Positions 40,714 through 51,602 of a DNA stretch of 64,000 bases are shown piece by piece. The DNA lies in contig OY764265.1 in the NCBI GenBank assembly GCA_963668355.1, positions 512,001 to 576,000 of the forward strand, written 5' to 3'. Position numbers and translations under genes: made by a program. A model generated the notes under the pieces. The model searched no databases, had not been told where the DNA came from, and saw only the letters and a list, made by a program, of their open reading frames with translations. Position 1 is the first letter of the stretch. Each line of letters opens with the position of its first letter. The DNA is from Bdellovibrionota bacterium (GTDB lineage: Bacteria > Bdellovibrionota_G > JALEGL01 > DATDPG01).

Positions 40714-42777
40714 TTATAACAGGGCGACCAACGGAGCAAGAATCAGCGAAACCACCGACATCAACTTGATGAGGATGTTCATGGAGGGTCCACTGGTATC
40801 TTTGAAAGGATCTCCCACGGTATCTCCAACGACCGCGGCCTTATGAGCCTCCGAACCTTTTGCTTCTCCTTCGATTTCGCCTTTTTCAATCGCCTTTTTG
40901 GCGTTATCCCAGGCGCCTCCAGCGTTAGACATGAACAAGGCCAACAAAACACCGGAAACCGTCGCTCCAGCCAGCATGCCACCCAAACCAGCGGCCCCCA
41001 GGCCAAAGCCAACCACGACCGGAGAAAGAACAGCCAATAATCCAGGGGTGACCATTTCAGCTAAAGCGGCTCGCGTCGAGATATCCACACATCGAGCGGA
41101 ATCTGGTTTCGCGCCTTCTTTCCCTTCGAGTAATCCCGGAATCTCTCGGAACTGACGTCGAATTTCATCCACCATTTTTCCGGCGGCTTTTCCAACACTG
41201 GTCATGGTCATCGCACCGATCAAAAAGGGAAGCATCCCTCCCACCAAGAGACCAACCACAACTTTTGCGTCGGTAATGGCAATGCTGATCGCCTCCAAAC
41301 CATTTTGATGTCGAACGAAGTCCACGGCTTGCGTGTAGGCGGCAAACAAGGCCAAGGCGGTCAGGGCTGCGGAGCCGATGGCAAATCCTTTTCCGATGGC
41401 AGCCGTTGTGTTTCCAAGCGCATCCAAACCATCCGTGATCTTTCGAACGTCGGGCCCCAACCCACTCATTTCCGAAATTCCTCCCGCGTTATCCGCGACA
41501 GGACCATAAGCATCAACACTCATCGTGACGCCAACCGTAGCCAACATTCCAACCGCCGCCAAAGCGATGCCGTAAAGGCCCGCCACATGATTGGCCAGAA
41601 TAATCCCGCCACAAATCAATAAAATGGGAGCGGTACAACTTTCCAATCCCACGGCCAAACCATGAATGATGGTTGTTGCCGATCCGGTTTTGGACGCTTC
41701 CGCAATTCGGATGACGGGTTTGGATGCGGTGTAATATTCCGTCACCAAACCAATCGCAATTCCAACGAGCGTTCCTCCGAGAATGGCGAAAAAGATTTTA
41801 TTGGACACACCATAGGCACTCACCAAACCGTAAGCACTTAACAAAAACAAACCCGCGGCCACAAACGTGGAATAGCGAAGTGCGCTGGCCGGACCCATTC
41901 CTCTCAAAAGCCGAATGGAGAAAATTCCAATCAACGAAGAAACCAGGCCAACCACAGCTAACATGAGCGGAAGGAGCATCAGAATGCTTCTCAAAGAATG
42001 CTCATCCATATCCGGAGTGGCACCCAAGCGCATCAAAGAAGGTCCCACCAACGTAGCACCCAACGCAATGGAGGCCACAATGGAACCAACATAAGACTCG
42101 AAAATATCTGCTCCCATTCCAGCCACATCGCCAACATTGTCACCTACATTGTCGGCAATCACTCCGGGGTTTCGAGGATCATCTTCTGGAATTCCAGCTT
42201 CCACTTTTCCGACAAGATCGGAACCCACGTCAGCCGCTTTGGTGTAAATACCGCCCCCAACACGAGCAAAAAGTGCAATGGAACTGGCACCCATGGAAAA
42301 GCCGTTGATGATCTTCGCGGTGGATGGGTCCCCAAACAGATAAAACAAAATGCCCAGGCCCAATAGTCCCAAGCTGGCCACTGCCAACCCCATGACGGAA
42401 CCTCCCAAGAAAGCAGTCATGAGTGCCTGCGCCTGACCGGATTCTTTAGCTGCCGCGGCCGTTCGAACGTTTGCTTTGGTTGCCGATTTCATTCCAAAAA
42501 ATCCAGCCAAGACCGAGCAAAGCGCGCCCGCCACGAAGGCCAAAGCCGTATTCACCCCAATGTAAATGCCGAGCAGAATGGCCACAGCCAACACAAACAG
42601 CGAAAGAATCGAATATTCTCTCTTTAAAAAAGCCATCGCGCCGCGTTCGATTTCGGCAGCAATTTCTCTCATGACGTCCGTTCCAGAAGAACGCGAGGCC
42701 ACATTTCGGTAAATGAAAAAAGCGATAATCAGTCCAACCAGACCGGCAATCGGTGAAGCAATGATCCATTGAGACAT
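40714..42777 (-). CDS. hppA: Membrane-bound K+-dependent (probably Na+-translocating) pyrophosphatase
   Basis: [63 protein letters not shown]. Confidence 0.96.
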   Translation of the reverse strand: MSQWIIASPIAGLVGLIIAFFIYRNVASRSSGTDVMREIAAEIERGAMAFLKREYSILSLFVLAVAILLGIYIGVNTALAFVAGALCSVLAGFFGMKSATKANVRTAAAAKESGQAQALMTAFLGGSVMGLAVASLGLLGLGILFYLFGDPSTAKIINGFSMGASSIALFARVGGGIYTKAADVGSDLVGKVEAGIPEDDPRNPGVIADNVGDNVGDVAGMGADIFESYVGSIVASIALGATLVGPSLMRLGATPDMDEHSLRSILMLLPLMLAVVGLVSSLIGIFSIRLLRGMGPASALRYSTFVAAGLFLLSAYGLVSAYGVSNKIFFAILGGTLVGIAIGLVTEYYTASKPVIRIAEASKTGSATTIIHGLAVGLESCTAPILLICGGIILANHVAGLYGIALAAVGMLATVGVTMSVDAYGPVADNAGGISEMSGLGPDVRKITDGLDALGNTTAAIGKGFAIGSAALTALALFAAYTQAVDFVRHQNGLEAISIAITDAKVVVGLLVGGMLPFLIGAMTMTSVGKAAGKMVDEIRRQFREIPGLLEGKEGAKPDSARCVDISTRAALAEMVTPGLLAVLSPVVVGFGLGAAGLGGMLAGATVSGVLLALFMSNAGGAWDNAKKAIEKGEIEGEAKGSEAHKAAVVGDTVGDPFKDTSGPSMNILIKLMSVVSLILAPLVALL

Positions 42778-42977
42778 TTCAATTCCTCCGCAGAATTTTT
42801 CTTGGTCCTCCCCTTGGGGCCAAAAAACATAGCATGTTCAAGAAGTTCGACCATTATATGGGCTAGATTCTCTTCGTCTAACGAATTTCCGAGAAATTTC
42901 AACCCTCCGCAAGCCGGAGCACCTTCTCTCCCAAAAGGGGATAGCATTTTACCCTCTCTCCCTGTATACGGGCGGGT

Positions 42978-43532
42978 GTGACGCAGAAGTGCCTTCTCAT
43001 ATCCATGCCTCAACTGAAGGACCCCTATTTTTCCAAAACGCTCACCTTACTGGCTGAGTTTAATAAAGAGGGGGCCATGGGCGTCATTTTGAATCGACCG
43101 TTGGCGGTTTCTCTCACCCATATTATGGGGGAAGAGATCAAAGAATCTCAAAAGCCCCCCACTCAACTCTTTTGGGGAGGTCCCGTCCAAAATGACCGTG
43201 GGTGGGTTCTTCATGAAGATGACGAATATGCTGATGAAAGTACGGAAATTGAACCGGGACTGTATCTCACAGCCTCGTCCAATGTTCTTCAAAAACTCAT
43301 CGACAAAGCTCAAACCCCAAATGCCCCTCGCTACCGCTTCTTTCTGGGGTATGCGGGATGGGATGCGGGACAGTTGGAACATGAAATGGCAGCCTCCAGC
43401 TGGGTGACCTCCCCCATTCACCGAGAGCTGCTTTTTGACGATGATTCCGAAACTCTTTGGGAAAGATCCTTGGCTAGAATGGGGGTGGATCCCATGAGTT
43501 TGGCCACATCCCCTCACGAAGAAGCAAACTAG
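42978..43532 (+). CDS. yqgE: YqgE/AlgH family protein
   Basis: DPYF, GAMGVILNRP, GGPV, GYAGW..GQLE. Confidence 0.92.
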   Translation: MTQKCLLISMPQLKDPYFSKTLTLLAEFNKEGAMGVILNRPLAVSLTHIMGEEIKESQKPPTQLFWGGPVQNDRGWVLHEDDEYADESTEIEPGLYLTASSNVLQKLIDKAQTPNAPRYRFFLGYAGWDAGQLEHEMAASSWVTSPIHRELLFDDDSETLWERSLARMGVDPMSLATSPHEEAN

Positions 43533-43572
43533 GGTTTCTTATTGTCTTAAAAAGGGGTAAAGCGCCCCTCCC

Positions 43573-44907
43573 ATGAAAAACACACTTCCTTTTGAAATCG
43601 GAGACGTTCGCTCGGGAACCATCGATGCCCTTTCCTACGGGGGTGAGGGGATCGCCCGTCCGAATGGAATCGCTGTATTTATTCCCCGAACGGCCCCGAA
43701 GGACGAAGTCAAATTCGAAATCACAGACGTCCGAAAAAAATATGCTCGAGGCAAGTTGATTGAACTTCAAACAGCTTCGCCTTTACGAACGGAACCCAAA
43801 TGCCCTCATTTCGAGAAGTGTGGAGGTTGCCACTATCAGCATCTCCCCGTCGAAACGGCCTCCAAAGAAAAACAAACCCAACTTTCAGAAACCCTCCGAC
43901 GCCTGGGTCCAGGGGAAACCCCTGTTCAACCCATTAAAACCTCTCCAGATTCATGGAATTACCGAAACCGACTGACCTACCATCGAGACGAAAACGGAAA
44001 CCAAGGATACATTTCCTGGACCGACTATCGCGTGCTGGATGTCGAACATTGTCCACTGGCTAAGCCCGAACTCAACGACATATGGAAAAAGGTTCGAGAA
44101 AACCTTAAAGAGGTTTCCTCCTCTACCCTTCCGTATGTGGTGTTAAGGTCCACCAACACAGGTGAAAAAGCCGTCATCTTAAGCATTGCCCTTGAAGAGG
44201 GAGAAGAAGTCCGTTTGGAGGAAATCCGCGAACATACACAGCCCCTTTCTTCGATCGCCAACATCTTCGTGTCGTTTGTAAAACCCGGATCCAAATCCGC
44301 TTTGGGAAAAGAGTTGCACTGCCTTCACGGCCAATCCACGTTTCGAGAAAAAGTGGGAAACGTTGAATTCCTTTTGCGTCCGGATTTATTCTTTCAGGTT
44401 CATCCCTCCATCACCGAAGAACTCGTCGGAGATGTTTTGAGTGAAGCCCGGCAAAGCAAGGGGCAAACAGCCTTGGACCTTTACTGCGGGGCGGGACTAT
44501 TTTCTCTCTCTTTAGCCAAAGCGGGAATAACCACATTGGGGGTTGAGGTCCAACACGAAGCCGTTCAATCCGCTCAAATGAGTGCCAAAGAAAACGGCCT
44601 GGGAGAAAAGGCAGAGTTTCGCGCGGGAAAAGCGGACCGCATTGTGGAAAAACTTGTCCGAGCCAATCAAACATTCGACATCATTGTCGTAGACCCTCCA
44701 CGAAAGGGTCTTCAACCCAAGGTCATCGAGGCGATTCCCAAATTAGGAGCACATACGATTTTATATGTGTCTTGCTCGCCTCCTACCTTGGCAAGAGACT
44801 TGAAAATTTTGAATGGCGTTGGGTACCACGTGGAAAAAGTTCAACCGTACGACCTTTTTCCCCAAACCTACCATTTGGAAACTCTGGCTGTGTTGAGACG
44901 AAAGTAA
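43573..44907 (+). CDS. rlmD: 23S rRNA (uracil-C5)-methyltransferase with TRAM domain
   Basis: CPHFEKCGGC, YRNR, FFQV, DLYCGAG, DPPRKG, YVSC, DLFPQTYHLE. Confidence 0.92.
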   Translation: MKNTLPFEIGDVRSGTIDALSYGGEGIARPNGIAVFIPRTAPKDEVKFEITDVRKKYARGKLIELQTASPLRTEPKCPHFEKCGGCHYQHLPVETASKEKQTQLSETLRRLGPGETPVQPIKTSPDSWNYRNRLTYHRDENGNQGYISWTDYRVLDVEHCPLAKPELNDIWKKVRENLKEVSSSTLPYVVLRSTNTGEKAVILSIALEEGEEVRLEEIREHTQPLSSIANIFVSFVKPGSKSALGKELHCLHGQSTFREKVGNVEFLLRPDLFFQVHPSITEELVGDVLSEARQSKGQTALDLYCGAGLFSLSLAKAGITTLGVEVQHEAVQSAQMSAKENGLGEKAEFRAGKADRIVEKLVRANQTFDIIVVDPPRKGLQPKVIEAIPKLGAHTILYVSCSPPTLARDLKILNGVGYHVEKVQPYDLFPQTYHLETLAVLRRK

Positions 44908-46052
44908 ACCACGAGAAAAAGTAGAAAAAAGGCCCAGGGACTCGAAGCAGCCTGACAACCTGAAGAATTCGTTGGCGAATCATCGTTGGATGCCGATGAA
45001 AACACAACTGGAAAGCCCTCTTCGTTCATCACACCCTCTGCATCGAAAACGTAGAGATAATAACTTTCCTCTCTTGAAAAGCTTCCTTGATTGGCCCTAA
45101 ACCGGGCTTCGGTCGAAGACCAGGCTTCGGGAATTTGAATTTCCCAATGCGAAACCGAGGTCCAGTTGGGGGCGTCTCCAATGGCGATTTTTGCCAATGT
45201 GTTGTCGATGTAGATTTCTCCCCAATCCATGGTCGTATCACTAAAATGATCTCGCCAATCGTCCAACGAATCGAAACCGAGGACATGAAAATACTTCAGA
45301 GGATATCCTGCGTAGACATTGTCAAAATGAAAAATTCGATCATTGTCCACATAGAAACTAAACTCACCATTTCCTGAGGCATATCCCCCATCACGATCAT
45401 CCGCTGTAATCTCAATGTGATGCCAAACATAAGAAACATCTCCTCCCCAAGAAACCCATTGCGTCTCCGTTGAAAGATCTTCGCTCACCGTACATCCACA
45501 AAGAGAGGTTTGGCAGGTACACCCCCCATAGCTCGAAAAACCGTTATCATCCACATATAGCCGATTAAATTTAAAGTTGCCCTGTCCGTTATAACCAGGT
45601 GTTGCATCTACCCGCATCCAATAGTTCGCAATGAGATCGTTCGCGATGGAGAAATCATCCTGGCTGCGGAGGAACCCTTTACCAATCACGCGATAGTGAG
45701 GATGTGAGGCTCTTGGATCGTCCGTCGAGAACCTAGGCTCGTCACCCCAAGAGTCTGGAATATTATCTCTCCAAGGACAGTCTTCACAGCCACCCGCGAG
45801 GACCGGGACCACCTCCCCATCCGACCAACCATCATAGGCTTCTTGATTGTCAATCGTATCCCAGAACATGGGAGTCGCTGGATCTTTTAAACCGAAACCG
45901 GTCCCAGAAATGACAAAACTTTGTCCGTGCGCGAGCGAGTCAGCTGAATTCACAGTTTCAATCTCTGGGGTTGCATAGGCAGCGGAAGAAAAAAACAGGA
46001 TCAACCCGAAAGAAATGTTCCAAAACGGATTGGATTGTTGATTCAATTTCAT
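44868..46052 (-). CDS. Secreted acidic beta-rich protein with C-terminal GC-motif sorting signal (MYXO-CTERM-like)
   Basis: Signal peptide; IPT-like ISGTGFG; WHHIEI..YVD; tail SSGCQAASSPWAFFLLFLVVYFR. Confidence 0.6.
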   Translation of the reverse strand: MKLNQQSNPFWNISFGLILFFSSAAYATPEIETVNSADSLAHGQSFVISGTGFGLKDPATPMFWDTIDNQEAYDGWSDGEVVPVLAGGCEDCPWRDNIPDSWGDEPRFSTDDPRASHPHYRVIGKGFLRSQDDFSIANDLIANYWMRVDATPGYNGQGNFKFNRLYVDDNGFSSYGGCTCQTSLCGCTVSEDLSTETQWVSWGGDVSYVWHHIEITADDRDGGYASGNGEFSFYVDNDRIFHFDNVYAGYPLKYFHVLGFDSLDDWRDHFSDTTMDWGEIYIDNTLAKIAIGDAPNWTSVSHWEIQIPEAWSSTEARFRANQGSFSREESYYLYVFDAEGVMNEEGFPVVFSSASNDDSPTNSSGCQAASSPWAFFLLFLVVYFRLNTARVSKW

Positions 46053-46065
46053 AAAAACCCCGTGA

Positions 46066-47988
46066 CTAGATAATCAATCTGACGCCGCCCAAATCTGAAA
46101 TCCGGTGAGGGAACTTGGCGCTCGGAGCTCCAATAAACATATAGTTTTTGGGAATGCCAAACTCTTCGGAAAGCTCTTCAATCAATTCAGGGCCGAAATG
46201 TCCTTTTCGAAGAACTAATTCAATACGCACATCGGGATACATTTCATCCAGCATTTTCAGATCATGTTCCAAGTTGGGCGGAATCTCGCTCTCGTCATCA
46301 TAAACATGAATGACAGCCACATATTGCGTGATCTCGTTCTCTCTCACATAGAGCATAGCTTGATTTAAGTGAGGAAGGCGCTCGCCTTTTGTGAAAAAGA
46401 TGATTCCATGACTATTGATTTCACTGAGCCACTCTTGCACACGATTATTCAGTCTTGAGTTCATGCTCTGAATGCTTTTGGTGATATCGTTTGCCAACCA
46501 AAGCAGCATGCGAAAAAGATTGTGGCGAAAGAGCATCAAGGAAACAAAGGCCAAGGTCGGAAGGAAATAAATGAAAAACACCTTCACAATATTGATTTCG
46601 GATCGGCTTTGATCGATCAAGTAGTTTCCAAAAATCCCGGATAATGTCGCCGCCAAAGCCACCAGTATGGCCAACCAGCTGGCGCGATATTTTCGCGGAA
46701 GTTGAGCACGTCGAACCTTCAATAAGATATTTCCAATGGCGAACAGACTCATCACACCCAAAAATGAAATCGTGTACACACCGGCCAAGGAAAGCAGGTT
46801 TCCTTGCGTCAGGAGCATGATGGAACTGCATAGGGCAAAGAAAAGAATGACAATCCAATGTTGCGTGCCTCTCGGATTCGTCAACAACAGGAATTGGGGC
46901 AAGCAACGATCCAGAGCCATTCGTCGAATCAGTCCGGCAGATCCTACGAAACTGGTCAAAACAGCTCCAGACAAAACCAAGGCTGCATCAATGGAAATGA
47001 ACATATGGAGCGGACTGCCGCCCAAATTATGCGCCACATTGGCCAGTAGAAAATCTCGATTTTCAGGATGAACAATTTCATGCATCGGCATGACAGAAAG
47101 CGCAATCAAGGCAATGAGTGGGTTAAAAATAAAAACGGCCGTCCACATATTTCTCAATGTTTTCGGAAAAACGTCTTCTTTTTGTTCCTCAATGAAGTTT
47201 GCGGAACTTTCGAAACCGCTCACCCCCAGCAGTCCGGCGGAAAAACCAAGAAAAAGAGCCATCATTAAACTGTTTTCTGAAGGAAGAGACCAGTTGAGCT
47301 GAAAAATGGATGGGTCGATAAAGAGTTGACTCAATCCCAGAACCAAAAGCAAGGTGAGCGCAACCATATGAATCACAAAAATCGACAATGCGACGCGCGC
47401 AGATTCGGTGATTCCTAAAATCGTTAGGAAAGCAAATAAGCCCAGCAATACCAAGGTGGCCGGGATATGAGGAAGGCTTGGCAAAATCGTTCGAGCGTAG
47501 GCAATGGCGGTCGAGGAGCTAATGACGGCCGTTGCCACATAAGAAAGAATGGTCATGCAAGCGGCCATAGAGGCCTTGAACTTAGTCGTGGTGTTTAAGA
47601 GCGCATTATAGGCTCCACCATTCAAGGGAAGAGCATCCCCAACCTCGGCATAAATCCCTCGATAGAGATAGAGCAACCCCGCCACGAGTAGCAGAACGAT
47701 GGGAGAAAGGGCCCCGGCATAGGTGGTGGCAATCGCGGCTACATACAAACAACTTGACGTAATGTCGTTTCCACAAATTCCGGTGGCCAACCACTGTCCC
47801 AATTTTTCTTTTCGAGAAGGAAGAACGTCTCGCCCCGCACTGGACATGAACCATCTGGAACGCTGCAATGAGGGCCTTTCCAAAATGGCAAAAGGTTTGG
47901 AAGTGGCATCGCCTTCTTTTCGTTTTCGAAGTTTCAAATTCATGCTCTTGGTCCGAGTTCGATTTCCGGTCTTACGCGTCCGGATCAC
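46066..47988 (-). CDS. APC-superfamily amino acid permease with soluble C-terminal domain (start uncertain)
   Basis: ATGICGNDITSSCLY, LPLNGGAY, SGFESSANF, MALDRCLP. Confidence 0.85.
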   Translation of the reverse strand: MIRTRKTGNRTRTKSMNLKLRKRKEGDATSKPFAILERPSLQRSRWFMSSAGRDVLPSRKEKLGQWLATGICGNDITSSCLYVAAIATTYAGALSPIVLLLVAGLLYLYRGIYAEVGDALPLNGGAYNALLNTTTKFKASMAACMTILSYVATAVISSSTAIAYARTILPSLPHIPATLVLLGLFAFLTILGITESARVALSIFVIHMVALTLLLVLGLSQLFIDPSIFQLNWSLPSENSLMMALFLGFSAGLLGVSGFESSANFIEEQKEDVFPKTLRNMWTAVFIFNPLIALIALSVMPMHEIVHPENRDFLLANVAHNLGGSPLHMFISIDAALVLSGAVLTSFVGSAGLIRRMALDRCLPQFLLLTNPRGTQHWIVILFFALCSSIMLLTQGNLLSLAGVYTISFLGVMSLFAIGNILLKVRRAQLPRKYRASWLAILVALAATLSGIFGNYLIDQSRSEINIVKVFFIYFLPTLAFVSLMLFRHNLFRMLLWLANDITKSIQSMNSRLNNRVQEWLSEINSHGIIFFTKGERLPHLNQAMLYVRENEITQYVAVIHVYDDESEIPPNLEHDLKMLDEMYPDVRIELVLRKGHFGPELIEELSEEFGIPKNYMFIGAPSAKFPHRISDLGGVRLII

Positions 47989-48028
47989 ACTTTTGAAAAC
48001 TGAATTTCTGTTTTTCTGTTTCCAATAT

Positions 48029-48071
48029 ATTCAAATAGTTAGGAAATATCTAATTTGGCACCCTCTTTGCC
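48029..48071 (+). promoter_or_regulatory. sigma54 promoter with upstream IHF-like site for the Tad operon
   Basis: TGGCACCCTCTTTGC at 48056-48070; ATTCAAATAGTTA (1 mismatch to WATCAANNNNTTR) at 48029-48041. Confidence 0.75.
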
Positions 48072-48083
48072 CTATGTCGGTTC

Positions 48084-49484
48084 ATGCGTCAACTGCAGAT
48101 CATTTTGATTTTCACCCTCTGTCTAGGAGCTTGGGCGCTTCCGGCTCAAGGCGGGCAACGAATTCTCCTGGCTCCCGGTCACCAAAAAGTGCTTGAAACC
48201 CCGGGAATCACACGAGCGGCAATCGGAAACCCGGAAGTCGCAGACGTAAAAGCGCTCCACAAAACCCAACAAGTCATCGTCACGGGAAAAAGCAATGGCT
48301 CAACGGATTTGATTGTGTGGACCCAAAAAGGAAAGAAAAAAACCTTTTCGATTCACGTCACCACCCGTACACGGAACCAGCCTGGAGAAATTCGAACGCT
48401 TCTAAAGGGAATCGAGGGCATTGAGATTCGAGATGTTGGCGGTCAAACCATCATTGATGGCCAAATTTACCGCGGAGAAGATTTGGATCGAATTCGAAGC
48501 ATTCTGGAGGTCTACCCCCAAGTCGTCAACCTCGCTCGCGTGAATTCAAGAGCCCTGAATTTCATCGCCAAACAGGTTGAATCCGCCATGGAGGCCGCTG
48601 ATTTGACAGGCATTCAAGCCCGACCCGCTGGAGACAATCTGTTTTTGGAAGGCCAAGTCAGCGGCCCCAAAGAAGCTGAGAGAGCCCTGAGTATCGCAAA
48701 AACCATTTATTCTTCGGTCACCGACCATCTCTCCCGTGGCGTCGAAATCGAACCATTAATCTTGGTCGATGTAAAAATGATGGAGGTTCGGAAAAACAAC
48801 CTCGCCGACATTGGGTTGAAGTGGCCTTCGAATTCGACTTTGATTGCCTCGGGATCTTTGCGCCCCAACATTTTCACCGGAAGCCTCACTCTGGGATCCA
48901 ACACAACGGCCACACTTCACACACTTATGGAAAAGGGTGCCGCAAAGATGTTGGCCAATCCTCGTCTCCTCTGCCGAAGTGGAACGCCAGCCTCATTCCT
49001 TGCGGGAGGAGAGATTCCCATTCCGCTCATTGGTGAACGGACCACCAGTGTCACATTTAAAAAATATGGGATTCTGTTGAACGTCACCGCCCAGGCAGAT
49101 CAATCCAACCAGGTGATGTTGGAAATCGATGCCAAAGTCAGCGACTTGGATCACGCAAATGCCATTAAAGATATTCCAGGAACTTTGGAAAACAGCGTAA
49201 AAACCGCCGCAAATCTTCGCTTTGGCGACACCGTAGTCCTGGCCGGTCTCGTCGAAAACCGATCCAAAAAGAACGTAAGTAAGTTCCCTCTTCTGGGAAG
49301 CATTCCCATCATTGGAGAACTGTTCAAAAGCCGTTCCTTTCGAAACAACGAAACGGAGTTTTTAATGTTTCTTACGCCGATACCCGCAGGGGTCGGTTCG
49401 TCTGCCCACCGTCATCCCATTCGAGCCATGCAGGAGTCTCTGGAAGAAACCACTGAAGATATTGAATTCTCACTTTTGGACTAA
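48084..49484 (+). CDS. cpaC: Tad/Flp pilus secretin with BON-like domains
   Basis: Signal peptide; AIGNPEVADV, LANPRL..SG..ASFLAGGEIP, GL, P.LG.IP.IG.LF.S, FLTP. Confidence 0.9.
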   Translation: MRQLQIILIFTLCLGAWALPAQGGQRILLAPGHQKVLETPGITRAAIGNPEVADVKALHKTQQVIVTGKSNGSTDLIVWTQKGKKKTFSIHVTTRTRNQPGEIRTLLKGIEGIEIRDVGGQTIIDGQIYRGEDLDRIRSILEVYPQVVNLARVNSRALNFIAKQVESAMEAADLTGIQARPAGDNLFLEGQVSGPKEAERALSIAKTIYSSVTDHLSRGVEIEPLILVDVKMMEVRKNNLADIGLKWPSNSTLIASGSLRPNIFTGSLTLGSNTTATLHTLMEKGAAKMLANPRLLCRSGTPASFLAGGEIPIPLIGERTTSVTFKKYGILLNVTAQADQSNQVMLEIDAKVSDLDHANAIKDIPGTLENSVKTAANLRFGDTVVLAGLVENRSKKNVSKFPLLGSIPIIGELFKSRSFRNNETEFLMFLTPIPAGVGSSAHRHPIRAMQESLEETTEDIEFSLLD

Positions 49485-49486
49485 AT

Positions 49487-50767
49487 ATGAAACCACTAAG
49501 CCCACAAACCAATCGTCAAAAAGCGAAAGCCTTCCTACACAAAAACCTTCTGGAGATCATCGATCTCCGGAGAACCGACTACGGAGAATTGCGAAGCCAA
49601 TCTCTTCGGGGAAAGGTTGAATCCCTCGTCAAACAATGTCTCCAAAAAATGAGCGACCCCCAGCTCCTCAGTGACGACAGGCTGGTCACGGAAATCGTGG
49701 ATGAGGCCATCGGTTTGGGACCTCTCGAAATTCTTCTTCGAGATGAATCCGTCACGGAGATCATGGTCAATGGGCCTTCGGAAATTTTTGTGGAACGAAA
49801 AGGAATCATTGAACGCACGGCCACTCAATTCATCAGCGAAACTTCTTTGCGGAGCGTAATGGATCGAATCGTATCTCCGTTGGGTCGACGCGTGGACGAA
49901 TCGTCGCCCATGGTGGATGCCCGACTGAAGGATGGATCTCGCGTGAACATCATCATCCCTCCCCTTGCGTTAAATGGGCCCACCATCACGATTCGAAAGT
50001 TTTCTGCAAAGCCGCTATCCATTTCACGCCTGATCGGCTTGGGGGCGATCTCCAAAGAGGCTTCCATGTTTCTAAATCTCGCCGTGAAATTTCGAAAGAA
50101 CATCATCATCGCAGGTGGAACCGGGTCCGGAAAAACAACGCTTTTAAACGCACTCTCCGGCTTCATTCCTACCAACGAACGAATTGTAACCATTGAGGAT
50201 GCGGCAGAGTTAAAACTTCCCCAAGAGCATGTCGTTTCGCTGGAAGCCCGACCCGCCAACGTGGAAGGGAAAGGCATCGTTTCCATCCGTGATCTGGTTC
50301 GGAATGCCCTCCGCATGCGTCCCGATCGAGTGGTCGTAGGGGAATGTCGAGGCGGAGAAGCGCTCGACATGCTGCAAGCCATGAACACCGGCCATGACGG
50401 ATCCCTCACAACCGCACACGCGAACTCGCCTCGTGACACCTTGTTGAGATTGGAAACCATGGTCTTGATGTCAGGCTTTGATCTTCCGCTTCGTGCCATT
50501 CGAGAACAGATCTCCAGCGCTCTGGACATCATTCTTTTTCAATCTCGCTTTGCAGACGGCACTCGAAAAGTGACGCATATTTCTGAAATTTGTGGAACGG
50601 AGGGCGACACCATTGTGACGCAGGACCTTTTTCTTCGTAAGAAAAGTGAACATGCCCTAACCCCAACAGGTCGAATGCCCAGGTTCTTCGATGACCTTTC
50701 TCAAAAAGAACGAAGTGCATTTGTGAAACTCCTTCAGAATGGAGAAAACCAATATGTTGCTGCTTAG
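49487..50767 (+). CDS. cpaF: Tad pilus assembly ATPase
   Basis: GLGPLE, EIMVNG, RVDESSPMVDARL, GGTGSGKTT, RMRPDR.VVGE, AMNTGH. Confidence 0.95.
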   Translation: MKPLSPQTNRQKAKAFLHKNLLEIIDLRRTDYGELRSQSLRGKVESLVKQCLQKMSDPQLLSDDRLVTEIVDEAIGLGPLEILLRDESVTEIMVNGPSEIFVERKGIIERTATQFISETSLRSVMDRIVSPLGRRVDESSPMVDARLKDGSRVNIIIPPLALNGPTITIRKFSAKPLSISRLIGLGAISKEASMFLNLAVKFRKNIIIAGGTGSGKTTLLNALSGFIPTNERIVTIEDAAELKLPQEHVVSLEARPANVEGKGIVSIRDLVRNALRMRPDRVVVGECRGGEALDMLQAMNTGHDGSLTTAHANSPRDTLLRLETMVLMSGFDLPLRAIREQISSALDIILFQSRFADGTRKVTHISEICGTEGDTIVTQDLFLRKKSEHALTPTGRMPRFFDDLSQKERSAFVKLLQNGENQYVAA

Positions 50768-51602
50768 TGCGTTATTTTTTGGCGTGGCCCTTTGTTTGTT
50801 CTTACTCCCCCACCTCCGTCAGCAACAATCCAAATTCAAAAACCTTGAGCAGGAATGGCTCTCTTCGATGAAGAAAGGCATGGCTCAAGAATTCATGTTC
50901 ATCGACCCCTTACGTCTTCGAGTGAAATTACGCTGGATTGCCTTGATCGGTTTGGGCATTTCAATTGCAACGTTCTCACTTTTGCCTTTTCTTGTTTCCC
51001 TTTTAGCTGCGTGGCTCATCCCATTCTTTGCCCTCAAACTCATTCAGCGTCGAAGAAGAACGTTATTCAAACAACAATTCTCTCAGGCCCTTCCCCAAAT
51101 CTCCTCCATTTTGAAGGCGGGGCACCCCTTTGAGCGGGCCCTTGAATCCTTGAGTGAGACCGCTCCCAACCCCTTGCGACAAGAACTCGGACTCGTTTTA
51201 AAAGAACTCAAACTTGGACATTCTTTAAACCAGGCACTGGACAACCTATTGAAACGATTTCCCAATCGGGACTTGGAAATCGTTATTCGAGCCGTTCAAA
51301 TTTCCAAGCGTGTAGGGTCCAATCTGGGTGAAGTCTTTGACCGAGTAGCCGAAACGGTTCGAAATCGTTCCATCTTAATGGATCGCCTATCCACTTTGAC
51401 CACACAAGGAAGGGCACAGGCCTGGATTGCCATGTTGATGCCTGTGCTGATGATCATTCCCCTTCAATTGTTCGCACCGGGCTATCTGACGCCTCTTCTG
51501 GATACTCGTGTCGGCCACTTTGTCATCGGCCTGTGCCTGGTCATGCTGACCATTGGCGGCATTTGGATTCATCGAATCAGCAAAATGGAGTTAATGAAAT
51601 GA
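50754..51602 (+). CDS. tadB: Tad inner membrane platform protein TadB
   Basis: T2SSF-like; LKAGH, GSNL.EV, LTTQGR; follows cpaF. Confidence 0.88.
   Translation: MLLLSALFFGVALCLFLLPHLRQQQSKFKNLEQEWLSSMKKGMAQEFMFIDPLRLRVKLRWIALIGLGISIATFSLLPFLVSLLAAWLIPFFALKLIQRRRRTLFKQQFSQALPQISSILKAGHPFERALESLSETAPNPLRQELGLVLKELKLGHSLNQALDNLLKRFPNRDLEIVIRAVQISKRVGSNLGEVFDRVAETVRNRSILMDRLSTLTTQGRAQAWIAMLMPVLMIIPLQLFAPGYLTPLLDTRVGHFVIGLCLVMLTIGGIWIHRISKMELMK

Noticed and set aside
42778..42977. Possible Na+ riboswitch upstream of hppA
   Set aside because: Several small hairpins but no consensus I can recognise; needs an Infernal search
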